In this document: positions 28,775-37,889 of the stretch, piece after piece
Numbering within the stretch: position 1 is the stretch's first letter
Layout: each line of letters starts with the position of its first letter
Source of the DNA: Candidatus Sumerlaeaceae bacterium
Lineage (GTDB): Bacteria; Sumerlaeota; Sumerlaeia; Sumerlaeales; Sumerlaeaceae
Reading direction: 5' to 3'
Assembly: GCA_051003195.1 (NCBI GenBank)
Contig: JBPCLP010000044.1
Coordinates: 35,502-99,501, forward strand
DNA: 64,000 bases
Made by a program: the position numbers and the translations under genes
The notes under the pieces: model-generated
What the model saw: only the letters and a program-made list of their open reading frames with translations
What the model was told of the DNA's origin: nothing
Database searches by the model: none

Positions 28775-28856
28775 TGTCCGCAAAATTCGGATCTGCCGGT
28801 TGGAGCAAATTGAACATTGCTGAAGTTTTGCCGTCGAAAGAAGCGAAGAGGAACTG

Positions 28857-30260
28857 ATGAAGGAACTTGTAGCGGTAATACTGGCAGCGGGCCAGGGCAC
28901 ACGTATGTACAGCGGGCTTCCGAAAGTGCTGCACAGCGTTGCCGGCCAGCCGATGCTGGACCATGTACTCGAAGCGATTGAGCCGTTAGAGCCTAAACAT
29001 ATTTATGTGGTGACGGGCTTCATGGCCGATGCGGTGAAGGGCCATGTTGGCAAGCGCGCAATCTGCGTGCAGCAGGAGAAGCGGCTGGGCACCGCGCATG
29101 CAGTAAAGCAGGCGCTTCCATTTCTGAAAAATTTTCGCGGCGATGTGCTGGTGACCGTTGGAGACGCGCCGCTCATCAAGTCGGATACGCTTCGTGAACT
29201 GGTGAAACGCCGCAGGGCGCACCAGGTTGCAGCGACGGTTCTGACTTGCGAACTGGAAAACCCAACCGGCTACGGGCGCATTGTTCGGAATCGTGATGGG
29301 ACTGTCGGAAAAATCGTGGAGGAGAAGGATACCAACACGTACGAAGTTGCGATTACCGAGATCAACACGGGCATCTACGTGTTCGACTGCGCGAAGTTGA
29401 TTGCTGCGCTGCGCAAGGTGGGCAACAAGAACGTGCAGCGGGAATACTACCTGACCGACACGATCGAAATCCTCAACCGTATGGGCGAGGAAGTTGAGCC
29501 GGTGGTAGGGCCGGATTCCGCCGAGACGATGGGCGTAAACAGTCGTGCGGAGCTGGCGCGCGCGGAAGGCCACCTGCGGCGGCGCATTGCATTGTCGGTT
29601 ATGGAGCAGGGCGTGACGGTCATCGATCCAGCATCGACGTATATCGACAAGCAGGTGCAGATCGGGCGCGATACTGTGATACGGCCTTTCACCATCTTAC
29701 AAGGTCGGTGTGAAATAGGCGAGCGTTGCGAGATTGGGCCGCATGTTCAGTTGACCGATAGCCTGTTGGGCAACGACAGCACGTTGAAGTTCTGCTGCAT
29801 TGATCATGCGGAACTGGGCAATGATGTGCGCGTCGGACCTTATGCGAGCATTCGTCCAGGTACGCGCATCGGCAACGGTGCGCGCATCGGTACTTTCGTG
29901 GAGATTACGCGCAGTGAAATTGGCGAGGATGCAGACATTCTGCATTTAAGTTATATGGGTGATGCCCGGGTCGGCAAGCGCTCGTCGATTGGAACCGGAA
30001 CGGTAACCGTGAACTTCGATGGTAAGCGGCGCAACCCAACAAGGATTGGCGACGATGTGTACCTGGGCAGTCGCACGAGCCTGGTAGCTCCGGTTGATGT
30101 GCCAACAGGCTCGCGGTTCCAGCATAATGAGCTGCTTTCGGGGCAGATCGGCCCTTTGGAGGCCGTGAGTCCTAATGGCCACAAGAGCGGCAATAGAAAG
30201 AGCGCGTCGACGACGTCAAAGCCGGCGCGCCGTGCCCCGCGAAAATCGGCAAAGAAGTAG
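28857..30260 (+). CDS. glmU: GlmU (uridyltransferase intact, acetyltransferase domain divergent)
   Basis: LAAGQGTRM..PKVLH, GTAHAV, GYGRI, EINTG, EYYLTD, GVN; hexapeptide repeats; HLSYMGDA. Confidence 0.9.
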   Translation: MKELVAVILAAGQGTRMYSGLPKVLHSVAGQPMLDHVLEAIEPLEPKHIYVVTGFMADAVKGHVGKRAICVQQEKRLGTAHAVKQALPFLKNFRGDVLVTVGDAPLIKSDTLRELVKRRRAHQVAATVLTCELENPTGYGRIVRNRDGTVGKIVEEKDTNTYEVAITEINTGIYVFDCAKLIAALRKVGNKNVQREYYLTDTIEILNRMGEEVEPVVGPDSAETMGVNSRAELARAEGHLRRRIALSVMEQGVTVIDPASTYIDKQVQIGRDTVIRPFTILQGRCEIGERCEIGPHVQLTDSLLGNDSTLKFCCIDHAELGNDVRVGPYASIRPGTRIGNGARIGTFVEITRSEIGEDADILHLSYMGDARVGKRSSIGTGTVTVNFDGKRRNPTRIGDDVYLGSRTSLVAPVDVPTGSRFQHNELLSGQIGPLEAVSPNGHKSGNRKSASTTSKPARRAPRKSAKK

Positions 30261-30283
30261 CCAAACGAGTTAGAGATGCGGCC

Positions 30284-31870
30284 GTGGTTGGCCGCCACAA
30301 TTACTGGATTCATAACGTTGCGCCTGCCCTGGTTCTAATCGCGGCGGCCCTGGCGCTTTACTGGCCGACGCTGAGTCTTGATTTTCATCTTCTCGACGAA
30401 CCTGGAGATACACTGTACTCGTTCAAGATGGTGGAGAAGATTGCGGAGCAGCGGTCGCTTAAAGCTCTTCAATCGGAGAAAGATTTTTACCGGCTTACGC
30501 CGGTGCACTATTTTTATCATTACGTCGTGTCGCGCGTGTGCGGATTGTCAGGGCCGAGGCATCACGCGGTGCATTTGGGGTTTCTTGTCGTTCACGTGCT
30601 GCTTCTTGCGTGGTTGTTTCGTGCGCTTTCAGGCACTGCATGGTGGGCTGTGGTGGCAGGGTTTTTCTTCCTGCTCTATATCCCCGATGACTGGAACTCG
30701 ACGCCGTATAATTATTATACACTATTTACGCTGGAGCCGCTGGTGCTGGCGTTTTTGGGGACCTGGTGCGGAATCGGAGCATGGTTGGCGCTGGGTCGCG
30801 GTTCGCAGACTTTGCTGCGACGGCTCGGGCTTATCGTGCTGTTTCCGTGGGCCGTTCTCATTCTGTTCACAAAGGAGACGGCAATTTTTTACTCGCCGGG
30901 CGTGGCGGTGCTTTGTGCCGCATTGACGCGGCGCAGCGGAAACTGGCGAACTCCCCTGGTATTACTGTGCTCGTATGCGATTGCGTCCGTTCTGTTTCTC
31001 GCGTGCTTCTTTTACGTTACGGGATGGAAGCCCGGCGTGACCGAAGAGGTGATGCCCGGCGCTACGGCAACAGGCAGATTCTGGCGTGTTGTCCACGCAT
31101 TCACAGATTCATTCGGACCGGTGCTGCTCCTGATTCCGCTCTCGTACGTGTTGTGCATCTGGCAGAGAGGTGGACGCGGCCAACGGGACTACTATCTTGA
31201 TTTGGACCTGGTGTGTTTTTCCCTGATGTTGCCGACACTGGTGCAACTGGTGATCTGGCCGAATTTCCAGATCAGGCTACTCTATCCTCACGGATTCCTC
31301 ATGAGCATTGTCGTAACCGCGTCCGCATGGAGGCTGGTGCAGATCGCTCGAATGGGTGCATCGCCAGCGCTGCGCTGGACGGCTCGATCGGCAATTGGAG
31401 CACTCTGCATGTGCATGATTTTTTATGCGGCGTTCGCGTTCATGGCGCTGCATAATTTCCGGCTGCTGCTGAGCTGCAACGAATTATCGCGCGTGGAGGC
31501 GTACAAGAAATGCCGGGATCTTCTTGAACCACAAAGCCGGCTGTTTGTGGCCATTATGCGCGGTGACCAGATCTTCGCGGAGATTGGCTGGAGGCTTCAG
31601 TTCTTCGACGGGCTTCCCAATAAAGTAGTCGAGCTGCAGCCCGGAAGCGAGCAGCCGCGCCCGGGCGACGTGATCTATTATCATAAAAGAATGGCACGTG
31701 TGAAACCGCCGAAAATTGCCATGGACCAGTATGATATTAAGAAAAGCGGGAATGCCTACCTGCATGTGGGCTGGAGTGAGTGGGCAGGCGCAGTGGCCAA
31801 GGGCAAATCCGTTTTGGAAACGGCGGAAGGCGGTAATGAATACACGGTCTACAAGGTGGGCGGCTCCTGA
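30284..31870 (+). CDS. Multi-TM membrane protein, GT-C glycosyltransferase-like
   Basis: N-terminal TM followed by LLDE loop, YRL motif, TKETA motif; about 11 TM segments and a soluble C-terminal domain. Confidence 0.65.
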   Translation: MVGRHNYWIHNVAPALVLIAAALALYWPTLSLDFHLLDEPGDTLYSFKMVEKIAEQRSLKALQSEKDFYRLTPVHYFYHYVVSRVCGLSGPRHHAVHLGFLVVHVLLLAWLFRALSGTAWWAVVAGFFFLLYIPDDWNSTPYNYYTLFTLEPLVLAFLGTWCGIGAWLALGRGSQTLLRRLGLIVLFPWAVLILFTKETAIFYSPGVAVLCAALTRRSGNWRTPLVLLCSYAIASVLFLACFFYVTGWKPGVTEEVMPGATATGRFWRVVHAFTDSFGPVLLLIPLSYVLCIWQRGGRGQRDYYLDLDLVCFSLMLPTLVQLVIWPNFQIRLLYPHGFLMSIVVTASAWRLVQIARMGASPALRWTARSAIGALCMCMIFYAAFAFMALHNFRLLLSCNELSRVEAYKKCRDLLEPQSRLFVAIMRGDQIFAEIGWRLQFFDGLPNKVVELQPGSEQPRPGDVIYYHKRMARVKPPKIAMDQYDIKKSGNAYLHVGWSEWAGAVAKGKSVLETAEGGNEYTVYKVGGS

Positions 31871-31881
31871 AGAAGTAACTA

Positions 31882-33594
31882 CTACATCGCCAGCGTGGCG
31901 GTCGTAGACCGTACACGTGCAGGGGCGGGGTCCTTGTGACGCACGCGTTTAATGTCCTGCTCGAAATTGAACTGCGGATCGTTTTGCGAGTCGTGGCACT
32001 GCATGCAGAACTTCGCGTCCCATTCCATCTGCAGGCGGGCAGTGCCGCCCGCCGGGACGGCGCCCGTACCGGACGATGCTTCGAGGGCAAGCTTGTTTTG
32101 CTCCAGAACGTGGTTCTGCGCTGGCCCATGGCAGACCTCGCACTGCACATTCGCAAGCCCGGGCGTGACGCGAAGGTCTGTAAATCCGCCGGGCTGCTTG
32201 AACGCGACGGTGTGACACCGTAGGCAATCGACGTTGTATTGCATGCCTTTGTCCACCAGGGCTTTCATGGCGCGGCTGTGGTGATGCGTCTTCCATTGCG
32301 CGAATGCATCGGCATGGCAGGTGCGGCAACTGGTTGCTCCCGCATAGACTTTCTCGGCGAGTTGCGGAGTTTGAGGGGTCGGCAGGGCCTGAGTATCCCG
32401 CGAATACGCAGCAATATATTGCGTGAACCTGCTGTCAGGCTGGATGCTCTGAAGTATCGGGTGCAACTGCGCCGCGGCATCTCGAATGTGCGCGGATTCG
32501 TCCAGCTCAACATCGACCTGGCCCAGGTATTTTCCGTCGTGATCGGTTGCCACCAACAGCGTTTGCGACGGCCCGAATCGTTGCGGTTCATAATGGCGCA
32601 TGAACTCGCCCGCGACAGCGATGTCGATTCCCGGTACCGCCTCGACGACGGCGCGGGTTCGGTCCCAAGTGGCAAATGAAGCCAGCACCAGCACATCGCA
32701 TTCGGGGCGAAGTTTCTCAACCAACGGTTTGAGTGCGCCACTCACATCCACGATTTCATAAGGAGTCGAAAGAGTTGCAGTTGTTGGAGAAAAAGCATAT
32801 TCAAGTGCTGGTGAACTGCCACCGGTCCTGGGCATCTCTGCGGCGCCCCCGCGCTCATTCAATTCAGGTCGTGGAGCAATTGTCCATTTCGCGCGTAAAT
32901 CGATCTGCGAAATGGGTTTTTTCGGTTCGCCTTCCATCTGCGCCGGCGCATAGCTCGACGCCGTCACTCCGACAATCGCGACGCGCAACGGCTTGCCGTT
33001 TGCACGTTGAAGGGTCACTAATTTATAGGGATCAAATATCGGCGCCCTGGTGCGAGCGTCGACGATGTTTGCGGAAATCAGCGGCAGGCCCAGCTGGTCG
33101 CGCAGCTTCAGCAGGTTTCCAAGCCCTTGCCGGAGATCGTGGTAGCCGACGTTCATCGCGTGGATGCCGGCGTGGTTCAGCGCCTCTACGAGATAATAAC
33201 CCTGCAGCCGCAGATTCTCATCCGTGAACTCGCGAAAAAATCCACCGGAATCGAAGATTAGTGTCGCAGAACTCAGGGCTTGAACGGTCTGCAGCATAGC
33301 TGCTTCACGGTCAAACCCACCGAGGTTCAGTGCGCGGCATCCGCACGGCTCAAGTTTGCTGCCCCGTGAAGCACTGTATAACAGAGTAAGGGACGAGGTA
33401 CTCGGCACAGTGGCCACATAAGGCCTGGTCTCGGTCGTGGTGGAAGCGGTGGAGCGTGCGAGCGGTGAATCGATGGCTTCTACGTTGGGGTTTGGGGACG
33501 CCGGGATGGCGGAGAACTGCCCTATAAGGAGTATAAGAAGCCAGGAAATGCGCTCGTTTCGGACTTCGAGGAATGCCCTGCGAAACATTGGCAT
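31882..33594 (-). CDS. UshA/5'-nucleotidase-like domain fused to a tetraheme cytochrome c (c554-like)
   Basis: LEPCGC...LGG, LISANIV, IVGVT, GKYLG, then four CxxCH motifs (CRTCH, CLRCH, CEVCH, CMQCH); N-terminal signal-like stretch. Confidence 0.85.
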   Translation of the reverse strand: MPMFRRAFLEVRNERISWLLILLIGQFSAIPASPNPNVEAIDSPLARSTASTTTETRPYVATVPSTSSLTLLYSASRGSKLEPCGCRALNLGGFDREAAMLQTVQALSSATLIFDSGGFFREFTDENLRLQGYYLVEALNHAGIHAMNVGYHDLRQGLGNLLKLRDQLGLPLISANIVDARTRAPIFDPYKLVTLQRANGKPLRVAIVGVTASSYAPAQMEGEPKKPISQIDLRAKWTIAPRPELNERGGAAEMPRTGGSSPALEYAFSPTTATLSTPYEIVDVSGALKPLVEKLRPECDVLVLASFATWDRTRAVVEAVPGIDIAVAGEFMRHYEPQRFGPSQTLLVATDHDGKYLGQVDVELDESAHIRDAAAQLHPILQSIQPDSRFTQYIAAYSRDTQALPTPQTPQLAEKVYAGATSCRTCHADAFAQWKTHHHSRAMKALVDKGMQYNVDCLRCHTVAFKQPGGFTDLRVTPGLANVQCEVCHGPAQNHVLEQNKLALEASSGTGAVPAGGTARLQMEWDAKFCMQCHDSQNDPQFNFEQDIKRVRHKDPAPARVRSTTATLAM

Positions 33595-33717
33595 CCCGTA
33601 AAATGGACAGTGTTCACGTGCAACCCGAAATATCAACGCGCCTGCGAAACAATCGGTTGCCAAACGATTCACCAGTATGCTCTGACTGGCCATCGATTAA
33701 GGATCGTAGACGTCAGG

Positions 33718-36700
33718 ATGACAAGCATTTACCCGCCGAAAGTAATCGAGGATGTAAACCGCCGGATTGATATCCGGCGTATGATGCAGGTCATCGACTA
33801 CAAGTTCGACAAATACCAGGATAGTTCGAAGACGGTAAAGTGCTTCTGTCCGATCCACTGTGAAGGGCTGTTCCGGAACCTGATCATAGATAAGGAACAG
33901 CGGACATTTCGTTGTCTTTATACACAATGCCCGGGAAGCAGCGGCGGCACGCTGATCGAGCTATATGCGCACAGCAAAAAGCTGCCTTTCGACGAGGCAA
34001 TCCGCACACTGGTGCGGGAGCAAACGCTTACTGTTTCGCTACCAATCGATGAGAAGTTTCTCGCCCAGCAGCTCGAGGCCGCCGAGAAGCAACTAAACGC
34101 GGGAATGCTTGATGAGGCTGAGGCTATCTACCAGCAGCTGCTGGAAGCCCAGCCCGATCTGCTTCAAGCGCATCTCGGACTGCTGCACATCTACACTGCC
34201 AACGGGCAAAGCGAGCAGCGGTTTCAGGAATTGCAAACAGTGCTGGGTCTGCAGGGTGCGGACGCCGATTTATCTGAATTCGCGCAGGATATTAAGGACT
34301 GGGGTGAATTCCGCCCGGACAGCCCGCAGGCAAGAGTCGCAATTGCGGAACTTACATTAAAACAGGAAGACGCGGAATCCGCGCTCATGGAGTTCATGGC
34401 CGCGGCGGATGCATGTGAAGCGGCAGGCGACACACAGGGCGCGATCAATGCCTACAGTCGAGTAGAGCAAATCAGTACCGAACGGCATCTCGACCTCATT
34501 GATGCCACGCCGCATATTGTGCGCGTATACGAACAAGCCAACCAACGCCAGAATGCGATTCAGTACTTATTAAACACGGCAACGCAGGCGGAACAACACG
34601 AGGACCACAAGCGCGCGGCGGAACTTTTCTCGAGCGCTCTCGAACTTGATCCAGAGTCGGTTGAACTGCGGCTACGTTTCATAGACGCGGCCAGCAAAGC
34701 GCCCGGATGTCCAGAGCTGGCGGAGCGCATTTTTGAAACTGCGGATTTTTTTGCAACCCGTGACGAACCCGAAGCCAGTGTGAAAGCGCTGGAGGGTTAC
34801 GTGACGGCGGCTCCTGAGGATGAGAAGGCACTCGCGCGGCTGATCGACGCATACTACACGCAGGGACAGCCGCAGGAGGCTGGGAACATAGAAGCACGTC
34901 TTGCACGACTTGAGCATCAGTCCGGGCAGCGCGACAAGGCATGTGAGCGTTTATCCAAGATACTGGAATGGCAGCCGGAACACGTCGAAATGTTACGTGC
35001 GCTGGCTGACTTTCATGAAGCCGCGGCTGAAACAGAGGAGGCGCGCGAGACGCGCCGGCGCGTGGCAAAAGCACTCACTGGACAGCGAAATTTTGAGTCT
35101 GCAGCTGAGCTGCTTGATCGGCTTATAGCAAATGAACCTGAAGCTGCCGACTTGCTGGATCAGCAGGCCAGCAACCTAGAGCTTGCCGCGAAGGCCGGTG
35201 ATGAAAATGCGCGGCAACGCGCGGTCGCACTATTGGAAAGACTTGCCGACAAGAACGCGGAGGGAACCGCGGCGCGAATTGGCCTGCAATACCTGGACAG
35301 GGCGGCGGCACTGGGACCATCGCCTCCCGCGCTGTTGTTGAAGCTGGCTAGTGCGCATTTACGTGCAAATAACAGGGCGCGCGCGAGAGACGCGATAATC
35401 CTGGGATGTGAGGCGCTTGCCGGAGAGGACAAACTGGACGAGGCGATCATGGAGTCGGAGCGATTCGCCATGGTCATGCCGCAGGAAACCGACCTCGTGC
35501 GTTATATCGCCGAACTCCACCTGCGAGCCGGCAACAAAACCGCGGCTGTAACCCGACTGCGCCGGCTGGCGGACGACCTTGCTGGTGGAGGGCGTCACGC
35601 TGAAGCCAAGGAGGTGTTTGCCCAAGCACAGACACTCGAACCGCAGAATGCTGAAACGCTGTTGGCTGAAGCCGAAATGCACGGCAAAGCCGGCAGCCGC
35701 CAAGAACAAGCCACGGCGTTCATGAAAGCTGCCAGCCTGCAGGAGCAAGCGGGTGAGATTGAAGCCGCAGCCGGAACGCTTGAACGCTTGCTTTCGAATA
35801 ATTCGGAGGACGCGGCGGCCGCAACAAGGCTTGTGCAACATTATGAGAAACTCAAACGGCCGGACGAAGTTCGAAAATGGCGGCTTAACCTCGCACGGAT
35901 TCATCGCACCGCGGGTGACTTTGACCGCGAAGCGCGTGTGCTGCGGGATGCACTTTCGCGCTCGCCGGAGGATGAGAAGTTACTCGCGCTGCTTTCGGTA
36001 TGTGAGTTTTCAAGGCGCGATATTCCTGCCGGGGTCCAGCTAACGCGTCGGCTATCCGGCATCCAGCAACGTACCAACAGACAGGACGAAGCGCTGAATA
36101 CACTGCGACGCGGACTCGAACGCGCGCCGGATCATATTGAACTGCACCGCGACCTTTTTGATCTGCTCAAGAAGCAAAAGCTCAATACCGAGGCTGCAAG
36201 TGCAGGCCTTCGATTTGTGGATGTGCTGGCGGCAGATGGCAAAACCGCCGAGGCCGCATCGATCTTCGATCAGATCGTCGCGTGTGACCCCGACAATATT
36301 GCGATCAAGCGCGCGCAAATTGATTTCCTGAAAAAGATGGGACGAGAAGCAGAGGCGCAGGAAATACAGATTCTCCTCGCTCGACGCTATCGCGATGACG
36401 AACAGTTTGCCGAGGCTGAAACCCTGCTTCGCGAACTGGTTTCCAATGACAGTAACGACGTACTTGCCCGCGAAGAACTGGCACAGTTGTACCGGCTGCT
36501 CGGACAGGATGCGCAGGCGGAAGAGCAGCTTACAGCCGCTGCGGACTCGTATAACCTGGAGGGTGAAGACAGCAAGGCGCTGGCGACCCTCGCGTCGATC
36601 CTCCAAGCTAACCCCGAAAACGTCGAGGTGCGGCGACAGATTGTGCAGGCCTATCGCAAACGAGGTGTTAACGTTGAAGCGGTTAAAGAGCTTCATGCGC

Positions 36701-37839
36701 TGGCGGATGTTTACCGGCGCCTGAATTCCGAAGCGGAAGCACTTGCAGCAGAGCGCGAGGCAATCGAGTTGGCGCCCCGAGACATGGGCGCGCGGCAACG
36801 GTACATCGATGCGCTGTTGAAGTCGGGTCGCACGGAAACAGCAACGGACGAAATGGAGCAGATTGCCACAACACAGATCGACCGCGGGCAACTTGAAGAG
36901 GCGATGGGCACCCTGGAGCGCGTTCTTACGCTTCAGCCGCATAAGTTGACTGCGCGGCGGCTGCGCGCAGAACTGTATTCCAAGCTCGGAGACGACGCCC
37001 GTGCGCTTGAGGAGTACAAAGAAATTGCCTCACTGGCTGCCTCGGCACCGCAAACCGTGCCTAAGGGCAGTAAGGCTGACATTGAACGGCTCGATTCATC
37101 CATGTTCGAGCTGGCGCTGGTAAAAGAATACGATTTTGACCGCTTCGTGGTGGGTGCGAACAATAATTTCGCATATGCGACGGCGCTCGCTATTGCGAAA
37201 TCGCCGGCCCGCGCCTATAATCCGTTCTTTATTTATGCGGATGTCGGGCTCGGAAAAACGCATCTTTGTAATGCCATCGCAAACCATTTGCTCGCGAACG
37301 ATGCAAAAGCAAAAATCATCTATACGAATTCCGAGGACTTTACGGGCGAGCTTATCGAGGCGATCCAGAACAACGGGGTGCAGCAGTTCCGTGCGCGTTA
37401 CCGCAATGTGGAACTGCTGATTGTAGACGATGTGCAGTTCCTGGCGGGAAAGGAACGGGCGCAGGAGGAGTTCTTCCACATCTTTAACGCACTATTCCAG
37501 GCTAAGCGACAAATTGTAGTTACGTCTGACCGTCCGCCGGCCGAAATCGCGCATCTGGAAAGCCGCCTGCGGTCACGATTCGGATCTGGTGTCATTGTCG
37601 ATATAGCGTCGCCGGACCTTGAAACCCGAACGGCAATCCTCAACCGGGAAAACGATGTTCAGGAGCTCGGCCTTGATCCGCTGGTTTCGCGCACCATTGC
37701 CGAGAAGGTCGACACAAACGTGCGTGATCTGAAAGGCGCTTTGAACCAGGTAGTCGCGATGAGAGACCTGCGAGGACAAGAGTTAAGCGAAGAAAACATC
37801 CGCAAGATGCTGGACACCCTTTATGCGGGTGTAAGCTGA
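33718..37839 (+). CDS. CHC2 zinc finger - TPR - DnaA-type AAA+ fusion protein
   Basis: N-terminal CPIH-x18-C-x4-C with GGTLI...FDEAIRTL (DnaG ZBD-like); ~1000 aa of TPR-like repeats; C-terminal FDRFVVG, YNPFFIYADVGLGKTHL, IVDDVQF, TSDRPP, RLRSRF, NVRDLKGAL. No DnaA domain IV. Confidence 0.9.
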   Translation: MTSIYPPKVIEDVNRRIDIRRMMQVIDYKFDKYQDSSKTVKCFCPIHCEGLFRNLIIDKEQRTFRCLYTQCPGSSGGTLIELYAHSKKLPFDEAIRTLVREQTLTVSLPIDEKFLAQQLEAAEKQLNAGMLDEAEAIYQQLLEAQPDLLQAHLGLLHIYTANGQSEQRFQELQTVLGLQGADADLSEFAQDIKDWGEFRPDSPQARVAIAELTLKQEDAESALMEFMAAADACEAAGDTQGAINAYSRVEQISTERHLDLIDATPHIVRVYEQANQRQNAIQYLLNTATQAEQHEDHKRAAELFSSALELDPESVELRLRFIDAASKAPGCPELAERIFETADFFATRDEPEASVKALEGYVTAAPEDEKALARLIDAYYTQGQPQEAGNIEARLARLEHQSGQRDKACERLSKILEWQPEHVEMLRALADFHEAAAETEEARETRRRVAKALTGQRNFESAAELLDRLIANEPEAADLLDQQASNLELAAKAGDENARQRAVALLERLADKNAEGTAARIGLQYLDRAAALGPSPPALLLKLASAHLRANNRARARDAIILGCEALAGEDKLDEAIMESERFAMVMPQETDLVRYIAELHLRAGNKTAAVTRLRRLADDLAGGGRHAEAKEVFAQAQTLEPQNAETLLAEAEMHGKAGSRQEQATAFMKAASLQEQAGEIEAAAGTLERLLSNNSEDAAAATRLVQHYEKLKRPDEVRKWRLNLARIHRTAGDFDREARVLRDALSRSPEDEKLLALLSVCEFSRRDIPAGVQLTRRLSGIQQRTNRQDEALNTLRRGLERAPDHIELHRDLFDLLKKQKLNTEAASAGLRFVDVLAADGKTAEAASIFDQIVACDPDNIAIKRAQIDFLKKMGREAEAQEIQILLARRYRDDEQFAEAETLLRELVSNDSNDVLAREELAQLYRLLGQDAQAEEQLTAAADSYNLEGEDSKALATLASILQANPENVEVRRQIVQAYRKRGVNVEAVKELHALADVYRRLNSEAEALAAEREAIELAPRDMGARQRYIDALLKSGRTETATDEMEQIATTQIDRGQLEEAMGTLERVLTLQPHKLTARRLRAELYSKLGDDARALEEYKEIASLAASAPQTVPKGSKADIERLDSSMFELALVKEYDFDRFVVGANNNFAYATALAIAKSPARAYNPFFIYADVGLGKTHLCNAIANHLLANDAKAKIIYTNSEDFTGELIEAIQNNGVQQFRARYRNVELLIVDDVQFLAGKERAQEEFFHIFNALFQAKRQIVVTSDRPPAEIAHLESRLRSRFGSGVIVDIASPDLETRTAILNRENDVQELGLDPLVSRTIAEKVDTNVRDLKGALNQVVAMRDLRGQELSEENIRKMLDTLYAGVS

Positions 37840-37889
37840 CTGCTTTTTTTGGCTGACAAGCCGCAAACCGGCACTGCTGCTTGAGCGCC

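Noticed and set aside
33330..33350. Selenocysteine recoding in the UshA-like gene
   Set aside because: Both motif codons are TGC and there is no in-frame TGA.
37110..37839. Canonical dnaA or oriC locus
   Set aside because: No domain I or IV, no dnaN/recF/gyrB neighbours, and I found no TTATCCACA cluster in the adjacent intergenic DNA.
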